Assembly (NCBI GenBank): GCA_965228735.1
Contig: OZ245838.1
Span: forward strand, 544,001-608,000
Source of the DNA: Planctomycetota bacterium
GTDB lineage: Bacteria > Planctomycetota > UBA1135 > UBA2386
DNA length: 64,000 bases
Direction of reading: 5' to 3'
How positions within the stretch are numbered: position 1 is the first letter of the stretch; every line of letters begins with the position of its first letter. The position numbers and the translations under genes were made by a program. Below are positions 52,128 through 62,098 of the stretch, piece after piece. Under the pieces are notes generated by a model that searched no databases, had not been told where the DNA came from, and saw only the letters and a list, made by a program, of their open reading frames with translations.

Positions 52128-52673
52128 TCACTGGGCTGTCGCACGCGACAGGATGCGTTCGGCCATCTGCTCGATGCGCCAATCACGCGCGTGCCCCGTT
52201 GGGATGAACTCCGTGCGGCCCAGTCGCTCGCTTCGAGAAGCGATGCGGAGCGTATGCCGACATCTGCCTGTCCAGGCTTCTCCTTGATCTCTGTCGAAGA
52301 ACGTAATGGTCAAGGAACCCAGCTCGTCTTTCTGGACGGCGTAGAGATCGTAGTCAGGGTCGTTCAGGCGTCGCCGTGTCTCAATACCGAGGGTCGCCGT
52401 GAGGAGGACCTCCGCCTCGCTCTCCGTAGATGGCCTGGCTCCGAGCTGCTGCAGGTAGTTGTCGATCGCGCGTTGCGCCTGGGCGAGCAGGCTTTCTTGA
52501 GAGTGCTCGCTTACGTCGCCTGTGAAGCTCGGTGCGTTGATCCACGCATAGCTCCGGATGTTCTTCAGGTCGAAATCGGGGCGTCCGCTGGTTCGGATCG
52601 TCGAGCAACCGCCGACCAAGGAGGCTACGAGCGCCAGGAGCAGCAGTGCCACGTAGTTGGGACGGGGGCTCAT
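52128..52673 (-). CDS. DUF4136-like lipoprotein
   Basis: Lipobox VGGC, SYAW, GSLTITFFD..WTG. Confidence 0.65.
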   Translation of the reverse strand: MSPRPNYVALLLLALVASLVGGCSTIRTSGRPDFDLKNIRSYAWINAPSFTGDVSEHSQESLLAQAQRAIDNYLQQLGARPSTESEAEVLLTATLGIETRRRLNDPDYDLYAVQKDELGSLTITFFDRDQGEAWTGRCRHTLRIASRSERLGRTEFIPTGHARDWRIEQMAERILSRATAQ

Positions 52674-52782
52674 GGAGCTTGGTGTGTGTAGGTGGTTGGT
52701 GGGCGGTTCGGCCCTCTGGTGGCCACGGTGTGGCAAGCGAGGCCGATGTTGATGCACCGGCTTCTCACTCACTTGCCGATAC

Positions 52783-53031
52783 CTACTTTTTCAGCTTCGC
52801 AAGGAACCGCTCCTGGTCCTCTTCGAACTCCTTCACGCACGGACGGCAGCAGAACTTGACCTCCTGGTTGCCGTAGACCTTGACGACGGGATCGCCCATC
52901 GAGCCGAGCTTGTTGTCGGTGACGATGCAGAGGTCACTCGTGTAGGGGATGACGTCTGCGCTTGGGCCCGAAGCGCACGCCGCGAACAGGACGAGTGCGA
53001 GAACGGGAAGCTTGGAACGGAGCGTTTTCAT
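52783..53031 (-). CDS. Small YHS/TRASH-like lipoprotein
   Basis: Lipobox FAAC; CIVTDNKLGSMG..VKFCCRPC. Confidence 0.8.
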   Translation of the reverse strand: MKTLRSKLPVLALVLFAACASGPSADVIPYTSDLCIVTDNKLGSMGDPVVKVYGNQEVKFCCRPCVKEFEEDQERFLAKLKK

Positions 53032-53063
53032 TTTGGAGATGCCTCGCTAAGAGATGTTGGCCA

Positions 53064-55166
53064 TCAGAAGGTCAAGACCAGGCCAAGGCCATAGCCATGG
53101 TCGGAGTGATACGAGGTCGAGAAACCCAGGTTCTGCGTGATCGTGTAATCGATGCCGACGAGCCACTCGAATTGCGTATTGGTGTCGTATTCGACGGAGG
53201 TGCCGATCCCAAGACGGTCGGTAAGCTGGAGCCCCTTGTCGAGTGAAAGTCGGAAGTCTCCCCGGCTGTCTACGCTGAGGTTTGACATCACGAGGTAGGG
53301 CAGGCGATAGCGCACGCCCGCGAATGCGCGACTCGTTGCCCCGTCACCATCAGCGTAGCGCCAGCCCAACTCGGTGGCGAAGTTCTGATCGATGTAGCGT
53401 GACCATCCGAAATCGACCTCGATGTTGTCCTCGTGTCCACCGTCTCGGTGGTCGTCGCCGAACGCCGATGGCAGTCCGATGTCCCACCGGGTGAAGAAGT
53501 CGTTCCGCCCCTTCATGAGCATGGCACGGCCCATGGTCATGTGGTTCTGTACCGTTGCATCGAAGAATAGGTAGGCCGGTTCGAGGAGCTTCGGGTCTAC
53601 GGTGGGTTGATACGTCGGATCCTGCTGGTAGCTGAACACGCGGGCCATGCCGGCATCCATGTGGTAGAGCAGGTGGCAGTGGAAGAACCAGTCTCCGCCC
53701 TCTTCGTCGGCGACCCACTCGATCGTGCGCTTGCCCATCGGGGGGACGTCCACGGTGTGCTTGAGCGGGGAGCGTTCGCCCTGCCCGTTGAGCACGCGGA
53801 AGAAGTGACCGTGCAGGTGCAGCGGATGGTGCATCATCGTGTCGTTGATGAGCTGGATGCGCAGCACCTCGCCCTTGCGGACGCGGATCGTCGAGTTCTC
53901 GGCCAAGGTCTCGTTGTCGAAGCCCCACAGATACCGGCGCATGTCGCCGGTGAGGCGCATGGTCAGCTCGCGGACTTCGGTGCCCGGTCCGGCGATGGTA
54001 GTGTCGGAGACTGCACGCAGCAGGCCGTAGGGCGCGAATGGGCGTTCCGCAGTAGCGGCTTCCAGCGCGCGCTTTGGCATCTGGCTTGCGAGCCCCGCGG
54101 CAAGCATCTCGTCCATCACGTATAGGTTCGCCCGCGGCGGGTCGACGGCCTCGATCAGCGGCCCATCCCCCAACAGCATCGAAGCGTGTCCGCTGCCATC
54201 TTGCGCCGTGGCTCGGATCTCGAGCGTGGACCGGGTCTCTGGCATGGTAACCACGACGTCGTACGTCTCCGCCATGCCGATGAGGAGGCGCCGGACCTCG
54301 ACCGGCTCTACGCGAATGCCGTCGCTGCCCACGATCGTCAGGTTGCCTTCGCCAGCGCCGAGGTAGAAGTAGGTCGAGGCCCCGGCGTTAACGATGCGCA
54401 GCAGGACGCGTTCACCCGGGCGGGCATCGAGCTTCAGTGCTCGCTTGCCATTGGCCAGGAACGCGTCGTAGCCCACGTCCGACAAGTCCATCGCCGGCAT
54501 GCGGTCCCCCTCGCGCTCGAAGTAATCCGAAACGGCGCCTCGCCGCCAGGCTCCGAGCAGCGACTGTTGCGTCCCCTTCTTCACCGAATACCACTCGCTG
54601 CCGCGCATCAGCCAGCGCATGACCGTGGTCGGATCATCGTCGGTCCAATCGGCCAGGACGACGACGTGCTCACGATCGAACGCAACATCGGGCTTTCTGG
54701 GTTCGATGACGATCGCACCCTGGACGCCCAGTTGCTCCTGCAGCCCTGTGTGCGAGTGGTACCAATAGGTGCCCGATTGCCGCAGCCGGAACTCGAATGT
54801 GTGTTCGCCGCCAGCAGGGATTGGAGGGGTGGTCAGGTATGGGACTCCGTCCATTTCGTTGGGCACGAGCAGCCCGTGCCAGTGGATCGAAGTCTCCTCG
54901 GATGGTAGCCGGTTCTTGACCGTGATTTGGGCGAGGTCGCCTTCTCTGAATCTCAAGACCGGGCCAGGGGAGGTGCCGTTGACGGTGAGCACGGTAGTCG
55001 CTGTGCCCGCGGGTGCGCCCGGAGTCTCCGCGATTACGAGCTCGTAGCGGACGACGTCCTTGCCCGAGGGAACCTCAGAGCCCGTGGCCTGCGCAGTGCA
55101 CTCTTGGGCTGCCGTAAACATGATGAGTGCAAAGACGGGGAGCAGGCTCCATGGAGGTCGGTTCAT
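53064..55166 (-). CDS. Multicopper oxidase (CopA/PcoA-like) with a C-terminal beta-barrel-like extension
   Basis: HWHG, WYHSH, HPLHLHGH, HCHLLYHMDAGM. Confidence 0.93.
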   Translation of the reverse strand: MNRPPWSLLPVFALIMFTAAQECTAQATGSEVPSGKDVVRYELVIAETPGAPAGTATTVLTVNGTSPGPVLRFREGDLAQITVKNRLPSEETSIHWHGLLVPNEMDGVPYLTTPPIPAGGEHTFEFRLRQSGTYWYHSHTGLQEQLGVQGAIVIEPRKPDVAFDREHVVVLADWTDDDPTTVMRWLMRGSEWYSVKKGTQQSLLGAWRRGAVSDYFEREGDRMPAMDLSDVGYDAFLANGKRALKLDARPGERVLLRIVNAGASTYFYLGAGEGNLTIVGSDGIRVEPVEVRRLLIGMAETYDVVVTMPETRSTLEIRATAQDGSGHASMLLGDGPLIEAVDPPRANLYVMDEMLAAGLASQMPKRALEAATAERPFAPYGLLRAVSDTTIAGPGTEVRELTMRLTGDMRRYLWGFDNETLAENSTIRVRKGEVLRIQLINDTMMHHPLHLHGHFFRVLNGQGERSPLKHTVDVPPMGKRTIEWVADEEGGDWFFHCHLLYHMDAGMARVFSYQQDPTYQPTVDPKLLEPAYLFFDATVQNHMTMGRAMLMKGRNDFFTRWDIGLPSAFGDDHRDGGHEDNIEVDFGWSRYIDQNFATELGWRYADGDGATSRAFAGVRYRLPYLVMSNLSVDSRGDFRLSLDKGLQLTDRLGIGTSVEYDTNTQFEWLVGIDYTITQNLGFSTSYHSDHGYGLGLVLTF

Positions 55167-55346
55167 CAGATGCTGTGCGCGCTCGTTTCGTCACGGGTTC
55201 TTGAGTGACGATGTTGTGGGTAGTGCCGGGAACCACCGAATGACGTCGGGGGGGGGCGGAACACGGGGATCCTAGGTTATTTTCGCGGCGGGCCCGAGGG
55301 CCGTTCCCTGGCGCCAGCTTTCGCTGGGCGCAAGGAGCGGCCAAGG

Positions 55347-56060
55347 CTACTTGCCGTTTCGGGCCTTCGGACGGGACTGTTCGGCGGTCGCCTTGTCAAT
55401 CGTCGAGATGAATGTGGAGGGCGTCTTGTCGAGCTTCTTTGCGCAGCTTGAACAGCAGATGCGGATCAAGCGACCGGCGATGACGACATCCTTTGGTTTC
55501 CCCATGCTGTCCAGGGGCTCGTTGCTGACTACGCACTTCTGCAACGGGTAGCTCTTTCCCTGCGCAGAGCTCACGGCGGCGTCCAGCTGCTTCAGGTACT
55601 TCCCGGGTGACTTCAGCGCTGTTGCCTTCTCCTTCGCATCAGCCAACAGGATGAGCCGGTTGCCGAGGACCAGGTTGACAGGCTTCTTCGGGAGCTTCTT
55701 GCCCGAGACGACCGATTTCGACATCGGGTAGATGGGGCGCTGGTCTGCGATGACCTTCTGGTCGAGCTTGGCCAAGCTGCTGTCGAGGTCCTTCTCAAAG
55801 CTGCCGGTGCAACCACCGCAGCAGAAGCGGACTTCGCGCCCTCGGTAGACCTTCACCAAGGGATCGCCCATGGTTCCTAGCTTCTTGCCGGAAACTGGGC
55901 AGGTGGCGAACGGGTAGGGGTCACCAGTTCTCGAGGTCTTGGTGGTCGGTTTCTGGTGAGGCGCCGGGTGGTCGTGGTGGCCGCCATGCTGCGCGGCCGT
56001 CGGTGCGCTCAGTAGCGCAATCGCAGTTACGGCGCAGATCGCGGAGCGGAGCAATGACAT
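55347..56060 (-). CDS. Exported protein with three YHS/TRASH-like repeats
   Basis: Signal peptide, His tract, CPVSG..FCCGGC and CVVS..ICCSSC; the middle repeat lacks Cys. Confidence 0.8.
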   Translation of the reverse strand: MSLLRSAICAVTAIALLSAPTAAQHGGHHDHPAPHQKPTTKTSRTGDPYPFATCPVSGKKLGTMGDPLVKVYRGREVRFCCGGCTGSFEKDLDSSLAKLDQKVIADQRPIYPMSKSVVSGKKLPKKPVNLVLGNRLILLADAKEKATALKSPGKYLKQLDAAVSSAQGKSYPLQKCVVSNEPLDSMGKPKDVVIAGRLIRICCSSCAKKLDKTPSTFISTIDKATAEQSRPKARNGK

Positions 56061-56178
56061 CTTGGGTTTCCTTCTTTTGGGCGGGTTTGGATGAGTGCTG
56101 GCGTACATCGCCATCGTGATGTTGGAGCCGTCGCGGCAGCGTTGGGCTGGCGCGCGCAAGGTGATTCCGACCCGCTTC

Positions 56179-56194
56179 AGCAAGGCGCGTGCCG
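56179..56194 (-). promoter_or_regulatory. Sigma54 (-24/-12) promoter
   Basis: Minus strand CGGCACGCGCCTTGCT, upstream of the YHS-multicopper oxidase cluster. Confidence 0.7.
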
Positions 56195-56282
56195 TCGGAC
56201 GACCAAGGTGAGGTGTGATCCCAGGCGGAAGAAGGAGACTCGATGATGGCGAACAGCCGGTACGGTCACGGGCCTCAACGTC

Positions 56283-56837
56283 ATGACCGATTCCGAAAGC
56301 CATAAGCGACTCTTGATCCTGCTCGCCAGTCGTCGCCAGTTTCTGGCGTTTCTCGAGCGCCGTGTAGCATCGCGGGATGAGGCCGAGGAGATCCTGCAGG
56401 ACGCGTTTGCGCGTGGCGTCGAGCGCGTCGTCGACGTAGGCGAGGAGGGGAACGTCGTTGCCTGGTTCTACCGGATCCTCCGAAATGCCATCGTGGATCG
56501 GCATCGCCGGCGGTCCGAGGGGCACCCAGGCCTAGAGATTGACTCCGACCTCCTCCAGGTAGCTGAGGATGCCGAACGGCAGCGCGACGTCTGCGTCTGC
56601 ATCCAGGGGTTGTTGCCGCTCATCCATCCGGACTATGCAGAGCTTGTCCGGCTCGTAGATCTGGAGGGCCGGTCCGTCGGGGCGGTCGCCAAGGATCGCG
56701 GCGTCAGTGCTGGGAGTGCCCGCGTTCGCCTGCACCGCGCTCGAGCGGCTCTGCGGCGGGAAGTGCAGCTCACCTGTCGCACATGTGCCGAGCACGGCTG
56801 CCTCGACTGCAGTTGCGCGAGGCCGCCGCAGGCCTGA
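56283..56837 (+). CDS. CorE-like (ECF44-type) metal-responsive ECF sigma factor
   Basis: Sigma2 AEEILQDAF..WFYRILRN, linker CVC, sigma4 RVRLHRAR, C-terminal CRTCAEHGCLDCSC. Confidence 0.8.
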   Translation: MTDSESHKRLLILLASRRQFLAFLERRVASRDEAEEILQDAFARGVERVVDVGEEGNVVAWFYRILRNAIVDRHRRRSEGHPGLEIDSDLLQVAEDAERQRDVCVCIQGLLPLIHPDYAELVRLVDLEGRSVGAVAKDRGVSAGSARVRLHRARAALRREVQLTCRTCAEHGCLDCSCARPPQA

Positions 56838-56917
56838 CGGGGCGTCCTCTGGCACGGTAGGTGTAACGTTCGCCCAGTCTGGTCGTCAGCGTGGACATGC
56901 AAAGCGAACGGAATCCC

Positions 56918-59182
56918 ATGTCAGATGAATCTCACCACGACGCCCCAGAGGCCAAGACCTGCTGCCATGGGGGCGAGCACGCCAACGCCGACGGGCATGG
57001 TCATGGCCTCCATCCTGCTAGAGGTCACACCGCGGGGGCCGGTCGACCAGCGCCCCCTGACACCTACACGTGTCCCATGCACCCGGAGATCGAGCAGGCA
57101 GGGCCGGGAACCTGCCCCATCTGCGGCATGGCGCTCGAGCCCGTCGATGCGAGCGCTGAGGCGGACGATACCGAGTACCGCGACATGCGGCGCCGCTTCG
57201 TCTGGAGCGCGGTGCTGGCCGTCCCGCTGCTCGTGCTTGCGATGGGGGACATGGTGCTCCCTGGCGCTCCGATCCATGGACTGTTTGGCGGGTTCTCACG
57301 TTGGCTGGAGCTGGCGTTCGCGACGCCGGTGGTGTCCTGGGCGGGCCTACCGCTGTTGGTGCGGGGCTGGGAATCCGTCAGGCGTTGGCAGCTCAACATG
57401 TTCACGCTGATTGGGCTCGGCGTCTCCGTCGCGTACGTCTACAGCGTGCTGGCGCTCGTGGCGCCCGATTGGTTCCCCGAGGGCTTCCGTGGAGCGCACG
57501 GCGTGGCCGTCTACTTCGAGGCCGCCGCGGTGATCGTGGCGCTCGTGCTGCTCGGTCAGGTCATGGAGCTGCGCGCGCGCAGCAGCACCGGCGCCGCGAT
57601 CCGGGCGTTGCTCGATCTGTCGCCGAAGATGACTCGGCGCATCGGCTCCGATGGCGCAGAGGAGGAGGTCGCTGTCGAGTCCGTCCGAAAGGGGGATCGC
57701 CTGCGAGTTCGTCCCGGCGAGGCCGTTCCGGTCGATGCCATCGTCGTCGAGGGCGGCAGCACCGTTGATGAGTCGATGGTCACGGGCGAGCCGGTCCCCG
57801 TGGCCAAGGCGGCGGGCGATCAGGTGATCGGCGGAACGGTCAACACGACGGGGAGCCTCACCATCGAGGCCGAGAAGGTCGGCGGCGAAACGCTGTTAGC
57901 ACAGATCGTCCAGATGGTCGCCGATGCACAGCGAAGCCGAGCACCGATCCAGCGGCTTGCCGATCGTGTCGCCGCCTGGTTCGTTCCCATCGTGGTCGCG
58001 TGTGCGGCGCTCGCGTTCGTCGTCTGGAGCGTTTGGGGGCCGGAGCCCCGCCTCGCCTATGCGCTGCTCAACGCGGTTGCCGTGCTCATCATCGCCTGCC
58101 CGTGCGCGCTCGGCCTGGCGACGCCGATGTCGATCATGGTGGCGACGGGGCGGGGCGCGCAGTTGGGCGTGCTGTTCCGCAACGCACAGGCGATCGAGAG
58201 CCTTCGTGCCATCGACACATTGGTCGTGGACAAGACCGGCACGCTGACGCTCGGACAGCCGAAACTGACTAACGTGCAGGTCGTCAGCGAAGCCGGAGCA
58301 GACGAGTCCGCCGTCTTGCGACTGGCGGCGAGCCTGGAGACGCGCAGCGAACACCCACTCGCGCGCGCCATCGTCGAGGGTGCGAGTGAGCGCGAGATCC
58401 AGTTGTCGGGCGTCGATGGGTTCGAGTCCGTGACGGGCAAGGGCGTCATGGGCCGGGTCGAGCAACAGGATGTCGCCCTTGGCAATCTCGCGTTGATGGA
58501 AAAGATCGGCGTGGCCGCGTCGGACGCGGACCGTACTCGGGCCGCCCGGCTGCAGGGTGACGGGGCCACGGTCATGTTCTTGGCCGCGAGTGGGCAGCTG
58601 ATCGGCATGCTGGCAGTCGCGGACCCGATCAAGGACAGCGCGCCGGAGGCCATCCGCGCCCTGCACGGTGCCGGTCTGCGCGTCGTGATGTTGACCGGCG
58701 ACAACCGGGCAACGGCCGAAGCCGTCGGGCGAGAACTGGGCATCGACGAGGTGATCGCCGATGCTCTGCCCGATCAGAAGCTCGCGACGATCGAGCAACT
58801 CCAGGAAGGCGGCGCCAAGGTGGCGATGGCCGGCGATGGCATCAACGACTCGCCTGCGCTCGCGAAGGCGGACGTGGGCATCGCGATGGGAACAGGAACG
58901 GACGTCGCGATGGAGAGCGCCGCCGTGACGCTCGTCAGGGGCGACCTGCGAGGCATCGTGCGTGCGCGCGAGCTGAGCGCAGCGACGATGCGGAACATCA
59001 AGCAGAACCTCCTGTTCGCGTTTGGCTACAACGCCGCCGGTGTGCCTTTGGCTGCGGGCGTACTGTTTCCGTTCACGGGTTGGCTGTTGAGTCCGATGAT
59101 CGCGGCCGCTGCGATGAGCCTGAGCTCGGTGTCGGTTATCGTCAACGCGCTGCGGCTACGTGCGTTCGGGTCGGCTGGTTGA
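56918..59182 (+). CDS. copA: Cu(I)-translocating P1B-1 ATPase
   Basis: YTCPMHP..CPICGM, TGEP, CPC, DKTGT, GDGIND, YN, MSLSS. Confidence 0.95.
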   Translation: MSDESHHDAPEAKTCCHGGEHANADGHGHGLHPARGHTAGAGRPAPPDTYTCPMHPEIEQAGPGTCPICGMALEPVDASAEADDTEYRDMRRRFVWSAVLAVPLLVLAMGDMVLPGAPIHGLFGGFSRWLELAFATPVVSWAGLPLLVRGWESVRRWQLNMFTLIGLGVSVAYVYSVLALVAPDWFPEGFRGAHGVAVYFEAAAVIVALVLLGQVMELRARSSTGAAIRALLDLSPKMTRRIGSDGAEEEVAVESVRKGDRLRVRPGEAVPVDAIVVEGGSTVDESMVTGEPVPVAKAAGDQVIGGTVNTTGSLTIEAEKVGGETLLAQIVQMVADAQRSRAPIQRLADRVAAWFVPIVVACAALAFVVWSVWGPEPRLAYALLNAVAVLIIACPCALGLATPMSIMVATGRGAQLGVLFRNAQAIESLRAIDTLVVDKTGTLTLGQPKLTNVQVVSEAGADESAVLRLAASLETRSEHPLARAIVEGASEREIQLSGVDGFESVTGKGVMGRVEQQDVALGNLALMEKIGVAASDADRTRAARLQGDGATVMFLAASGQLIGMLAVADPIKDSAPEAIRALHGAGLRVVMLTGDNRATAEAVGRELGIDEVIADALPDQKLATIEQLQEGGAKVAMAGDGINDSPALAKADVGIAMGTGTDVAMESAAVTLVRGDLRGIVRARELSAATMRNIKQNLLFAFGYNAAGVPLAAGVLFPFTGWLLSPMIAAAAMSLSSVSVIVNALRLRAFGSAG

Positions 59183-59342
59183 TGAGGCCGCGCGCGCTGA
59201 GCCGCCACGCGTGGCGGTGCCCTCGGCCGCCATGTGTTTGGCCGGACAGCGACGGCGCTGACAGGTTTCGTTGCCGGGATGGCCGTGCGAATTGGGCTGT
59301 CCCCGTGGTGGTCGGTGGGCGGTGATCGAGGGTTGCGCGGCG

Positions 59343-59358
59343 AGGCACGCACGTTGCT
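59343..59358 (+). promoter_or_regulatory. Sigma54-like promoter
   Basis: AGGCACGCACGTTGCT (GG-N10-GC). Confidence 0.55.
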
Positions 59359-59456
59359 GTCTTTGTGTCGCGATGCGTTGCAATAATGGTTGTCCAGCAC
59401 GCTGGTCTCGGCGGTGCTTCTGGCGCTCGTTCGCACGGTCCCTTTCGGTCTCGGGG

Positions 59457-60137
59457 GTGGCAATCGTGCTCGCCGTGTTCCTTCTTGCGTGCGCGGCGCC
59501 CCGTGGCTCGGGTGCGGGAGGAGTTCGCAACCGCATTGCGCCGAGTGCGTTTCGAGTCTCTCGGCCTTACTTCAGGATCGGTGACCCCTACCCGTTCGCC
59601 ACCTGCCCAGTTTCAGGTGAGGACTTGGCCGTGACCAAGACTGGGCTCATCAAGTCCTACGGCGGTCGCGAGGTGCGGTTCTGTTGCAGTCAGTGTTCGC
59701 GGTTGTTCGGTCAGGATCTGGTGAGCAGTTTTGCAGAGGTTGACCGGTGGATCGTAGCGGACCAGGAGGGGATCTACGCGATGAGGGATTCAGTCGTGAC
59801 CGGGAGGCAGTTGCCGGCACGCCCCGTCGAGTTCGTCGTAGGCAACCGGCTCGTCAGGGTTGATTCGAGCGACGAGAGGGAGGCCGTCATGAAGGGGCCG
59901 AGCAAGTTCCTCGATGCTCTGAGCAGGGCTGCCGCGCGTTCCCAGGCAGACGGCTACGGCCTCAGTAGCTGCCCCGTGAGTGGTCGTCCGATAGGCCTGC
60001 CTGCGCCCCCGTACCTGGAAGCTGTTGTCGCGGGTCGCCTGATTCGGGTTTGTTGTCCAGACTGCCTTGCGAACATCGATGAGAATCCCGCGAAGTACAT
60101 TGCGGTTGTCGATGCAGCGCGCAAGTCGCCGGGGTAG
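59457..60137 (+). CDS. Lipoprotein with three YHS/TRASH-like repeats, paralog of 55347-56060 (start uncertain)
   Basis: GDPYPFATCPVSG shared with the paralog; FCCSQC, VCCPDC; lipobox LLAC. Confidence 0.75.
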   Translation: MAIVLAVFLLACAAPRGSGAGGVRNRIAPSAFRVSRPYFRIGDPYPFATCPVSGEDLAVTKTGLIKSYGGREVRFCCSQCSRLFGQDLVSSFAEVDRWIVADQEGIYAMRDSVVTGRQLPARPVEFVVGNRLVRVDSSDEREAVMKGPSKFLDALSRAAARSQADGYGLSSCPVSGRPIGLPAPPYLEAVVAGRLIRVCCPDCLANIDENPAKYIAVVDAARKSPG

Positions 60138-60162
60138 CAAGTCATGTGCTAGCTGCTCGGCG

Positions 60163-60178
60163 TGGCATGGTGGTTGCG
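60163..60178 (+). promoter_or_regulatory. Sigma54 (-24/-12) promoter
   Basis: TGGCATGGTGGTTGCG, ending about 70 nt upstream of ATG 60249. Confidence 0.65.
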
Positions 60179-60248
60179 GATGGCCTTGTGCAGCCCTGCG
60201 TTTCGGGCTTGCGTCTCGGTTCATCCAACAACACCCAGAACCCTAATC

Positions 60249-60551
60249 ATGAAGCATCTCTGGATTGCCTGCGCAGTCATCGTCGCGCTGTCATTCGCTG
60301 GCTGCAGCACGGTCAAGCACGACTCTCAGCTCACGTCTACCCAAGTCCACCTTGTCCTGGACAAGACGCCGACTTGAGGCGGTTGTGCCGCCACCGTGCG
60401 TGGTGCCGTGACCAAGCTCCCTGGCGTGTCGGGAATCGAGGTCGAGCCTGGTTCGGCCGATATCGTCGTCAGCCTTGACCCCAATGCGACAACTGTAGAG
60501 CAGTTGCTTGCGGGAATGGACGCCGCTGGGCAGTCGGCAAAGCGCAAGTAG
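60249..60551 (+). CDS. HMA-domain lipoprotein with in-frame UGA (TPT-U-GGC), predicted selenoprotein, 100 aa
   Basis: Lipobox FAGC; TGA at 60375-60377; read-through gives GGCAATVRGAVTKLPGVSGIEVEPGSADIVVSLDPNATTVEQLLAGMDAAGQSAKRK*, a complete HMA pattern. Confidence 0.82.
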
Positions 60552-60778
60552 GGGGCCCGCGCAGCGCTGGGGCCGCGAGGTCTCGCCGCTGCGACTGCGG
60601 GGCTACTTACATGCATGTCGCCGCTTTCGGTCCGAAGCCTGATCACTCTGGATTGTGTCGGCGAGACCTCGCCGCTGCGTGAGTCGGCTGGAGTTGCGAG
60701 GCGATAGGGAGCAAGTCATGCCGCGCGGCTGGGATTCATCGGCGGGATGCTGTGCATCCCGGAGCGCTTCCAGGAGGC

Positions 60779-62098
60779 ATGATGAGAAATCGTGAAGTAG
60801 GGTCACAAGGGCTCTTGCGGCGCATTGCGGCTTACGTTCGGAGTCGCCTATGGCTGCAGGTTCTCATAGGGATGGCGCTGGGCGTGGGCGTTGGCTTGGC
60901 CCTCTCCCCCTCGGGAGGTGGTCTCTTTGCGGAGAGCGGCGCGAGACTGATTGCGTGCTGGCTGGCCTTGCCGGGTCATGTCTTCATGGCGCTGATCCAG
61001 ATGATGGTCGTGCCGCTGGTGCTCTCGTCGGTCATCCTGGGGATCGCGTCTGGTGGGTCAGCGGAGTTTCTCAAGCGCGTGGGGCTCCGAGTTCTTCCCT
61101 ACTTCGTAGCGACGACCTGTATCGCGGTGCTGATCGGGATCACCCTTGCTACCCTGATCGGGCCAGGTCACCTCGTCGATGGTGCGTCGTTCGATGGTGT
61201 CACCGATCAGGGGGGCATGCCAGTCGAGACGGGGGCTTCATCAAGACTGTTGCCCGAACGCATTGCAGAGATCATTCCGAGCAATCCGTCGAGCGCTCTT
61301 CTTCACCGAAGCATGCTGCAGTTGGTGGTGTTCGCGATGTTGGTTGGCGTCGCGCTGGTAGGGCTCAGATCCGAGTCCCGCGAACTCCTCATTCGGATTC
61401 TCCAGGCGACGCAGGAGCTTGCACTCAAGGTTGTCGGGTGGGCGATGGCGCTTGCACCAGTTGCGGTTTTTGGGCTCTTGGCGCAAGTGATGACGCGTAC
61501 TGGAGCGAATGCCCTCGCGGGGCTTGGGGCCTACGTGGCGACCGTCCTTCTTGGACTCGTAGCACTGATCGTCGTCTACTCCTTGCTCGTGCGGTGGTTG
61601 GGGAAGCAGGGGCCGTTGCAGTTTCTCGCCCGCATTCGTGATGCGCAGTTGCTTGCGTTCTCCACCTCGAGTTCTGCCGCCGTTATGCCGCTGTCGATGA
61701 AGATCGCAGAGGAAAGCCTGGGGGCGTCACGACCGGTCGTGCAGTTCGTCATTCCGCTTGGAGCGACCGTGAACATGGACGGAACAGCGCTCTATCAGGT
61801 GACTGCTGCCGTATTCATGACCCAGGTGTTTGGTGTGGACCTCAGCCTCGGTGAGATGGCGTTGCTGGCTTGCACGACGATCGGTGCTTCGATTGGATCG
61901 CCGAGCACTCCTGGAGTCGGCATCGTCATCCTGGCATCAGTGCTTCAGGGCATCGGGGTCCCGGCCGGTGGAGTGGCCATGATCTTGGGAGTCGACCGCA
62001 TCCTTGATATGTCGCGAACCGCGGTGAACGTGACGGGAGACTTGGCGGCGACCGTCGTGCTGGAGCGGTTGCTCCAGACTCCGGGACGGCGACATTGA
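60779..62098 (+). CDS. Dicarboxylate/amino acid:cation symporter (DAACS, GltP family)
   Basis: FSTSSSAA, GATVNMDGTA, GVDRILDMSRTAVNVTGD. Confidence 0.93.
   Translation: MMRNREVGSQGLLRRIAAYVRSRLWLQVLIGMALGVGVGLALSPSGGGLFAESGARLIACWLALPGHVFMALIQMMVVPLVLSSVILGIASGGSAEFLKRVGLRVLPYFVATTCIAVLIGITLATLIGPGHLVDGASFDGVTDQGGMPVETGASSRLLPERIAEIIPSNPSSALLHRSMLQLVVFAMLVGVALVGLRSESRELLIRILQATQELALKVVGWAMALAPVAVFGLLAQVMTRTGANALAGLGAYVATVLLGLVALIVVYSLLVRWLGKQGPLQFLARIRDAQLLAFSTSSSAAVMPLSMKIAEESLGASRPVVQFVIPLGATVNMDGTALYQVTAAVFMTQVFGVDLSLGEMALLACTTIGASIGSPSTPGVGIVILASVLQGIGVPAGGVAMILGVDRILDMSRTAVNVTGDLAATVVLERLLQTPGRRH

Noticed and set aside
39337..60377. Genome-wide UGA reassignment (genetic code 4 or 25)
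   Set aside because: Many conserved genes here end properly at TGA (radC, RND, ATPases), and the in-frame UGAs align with Cys, not Trp or Gly.
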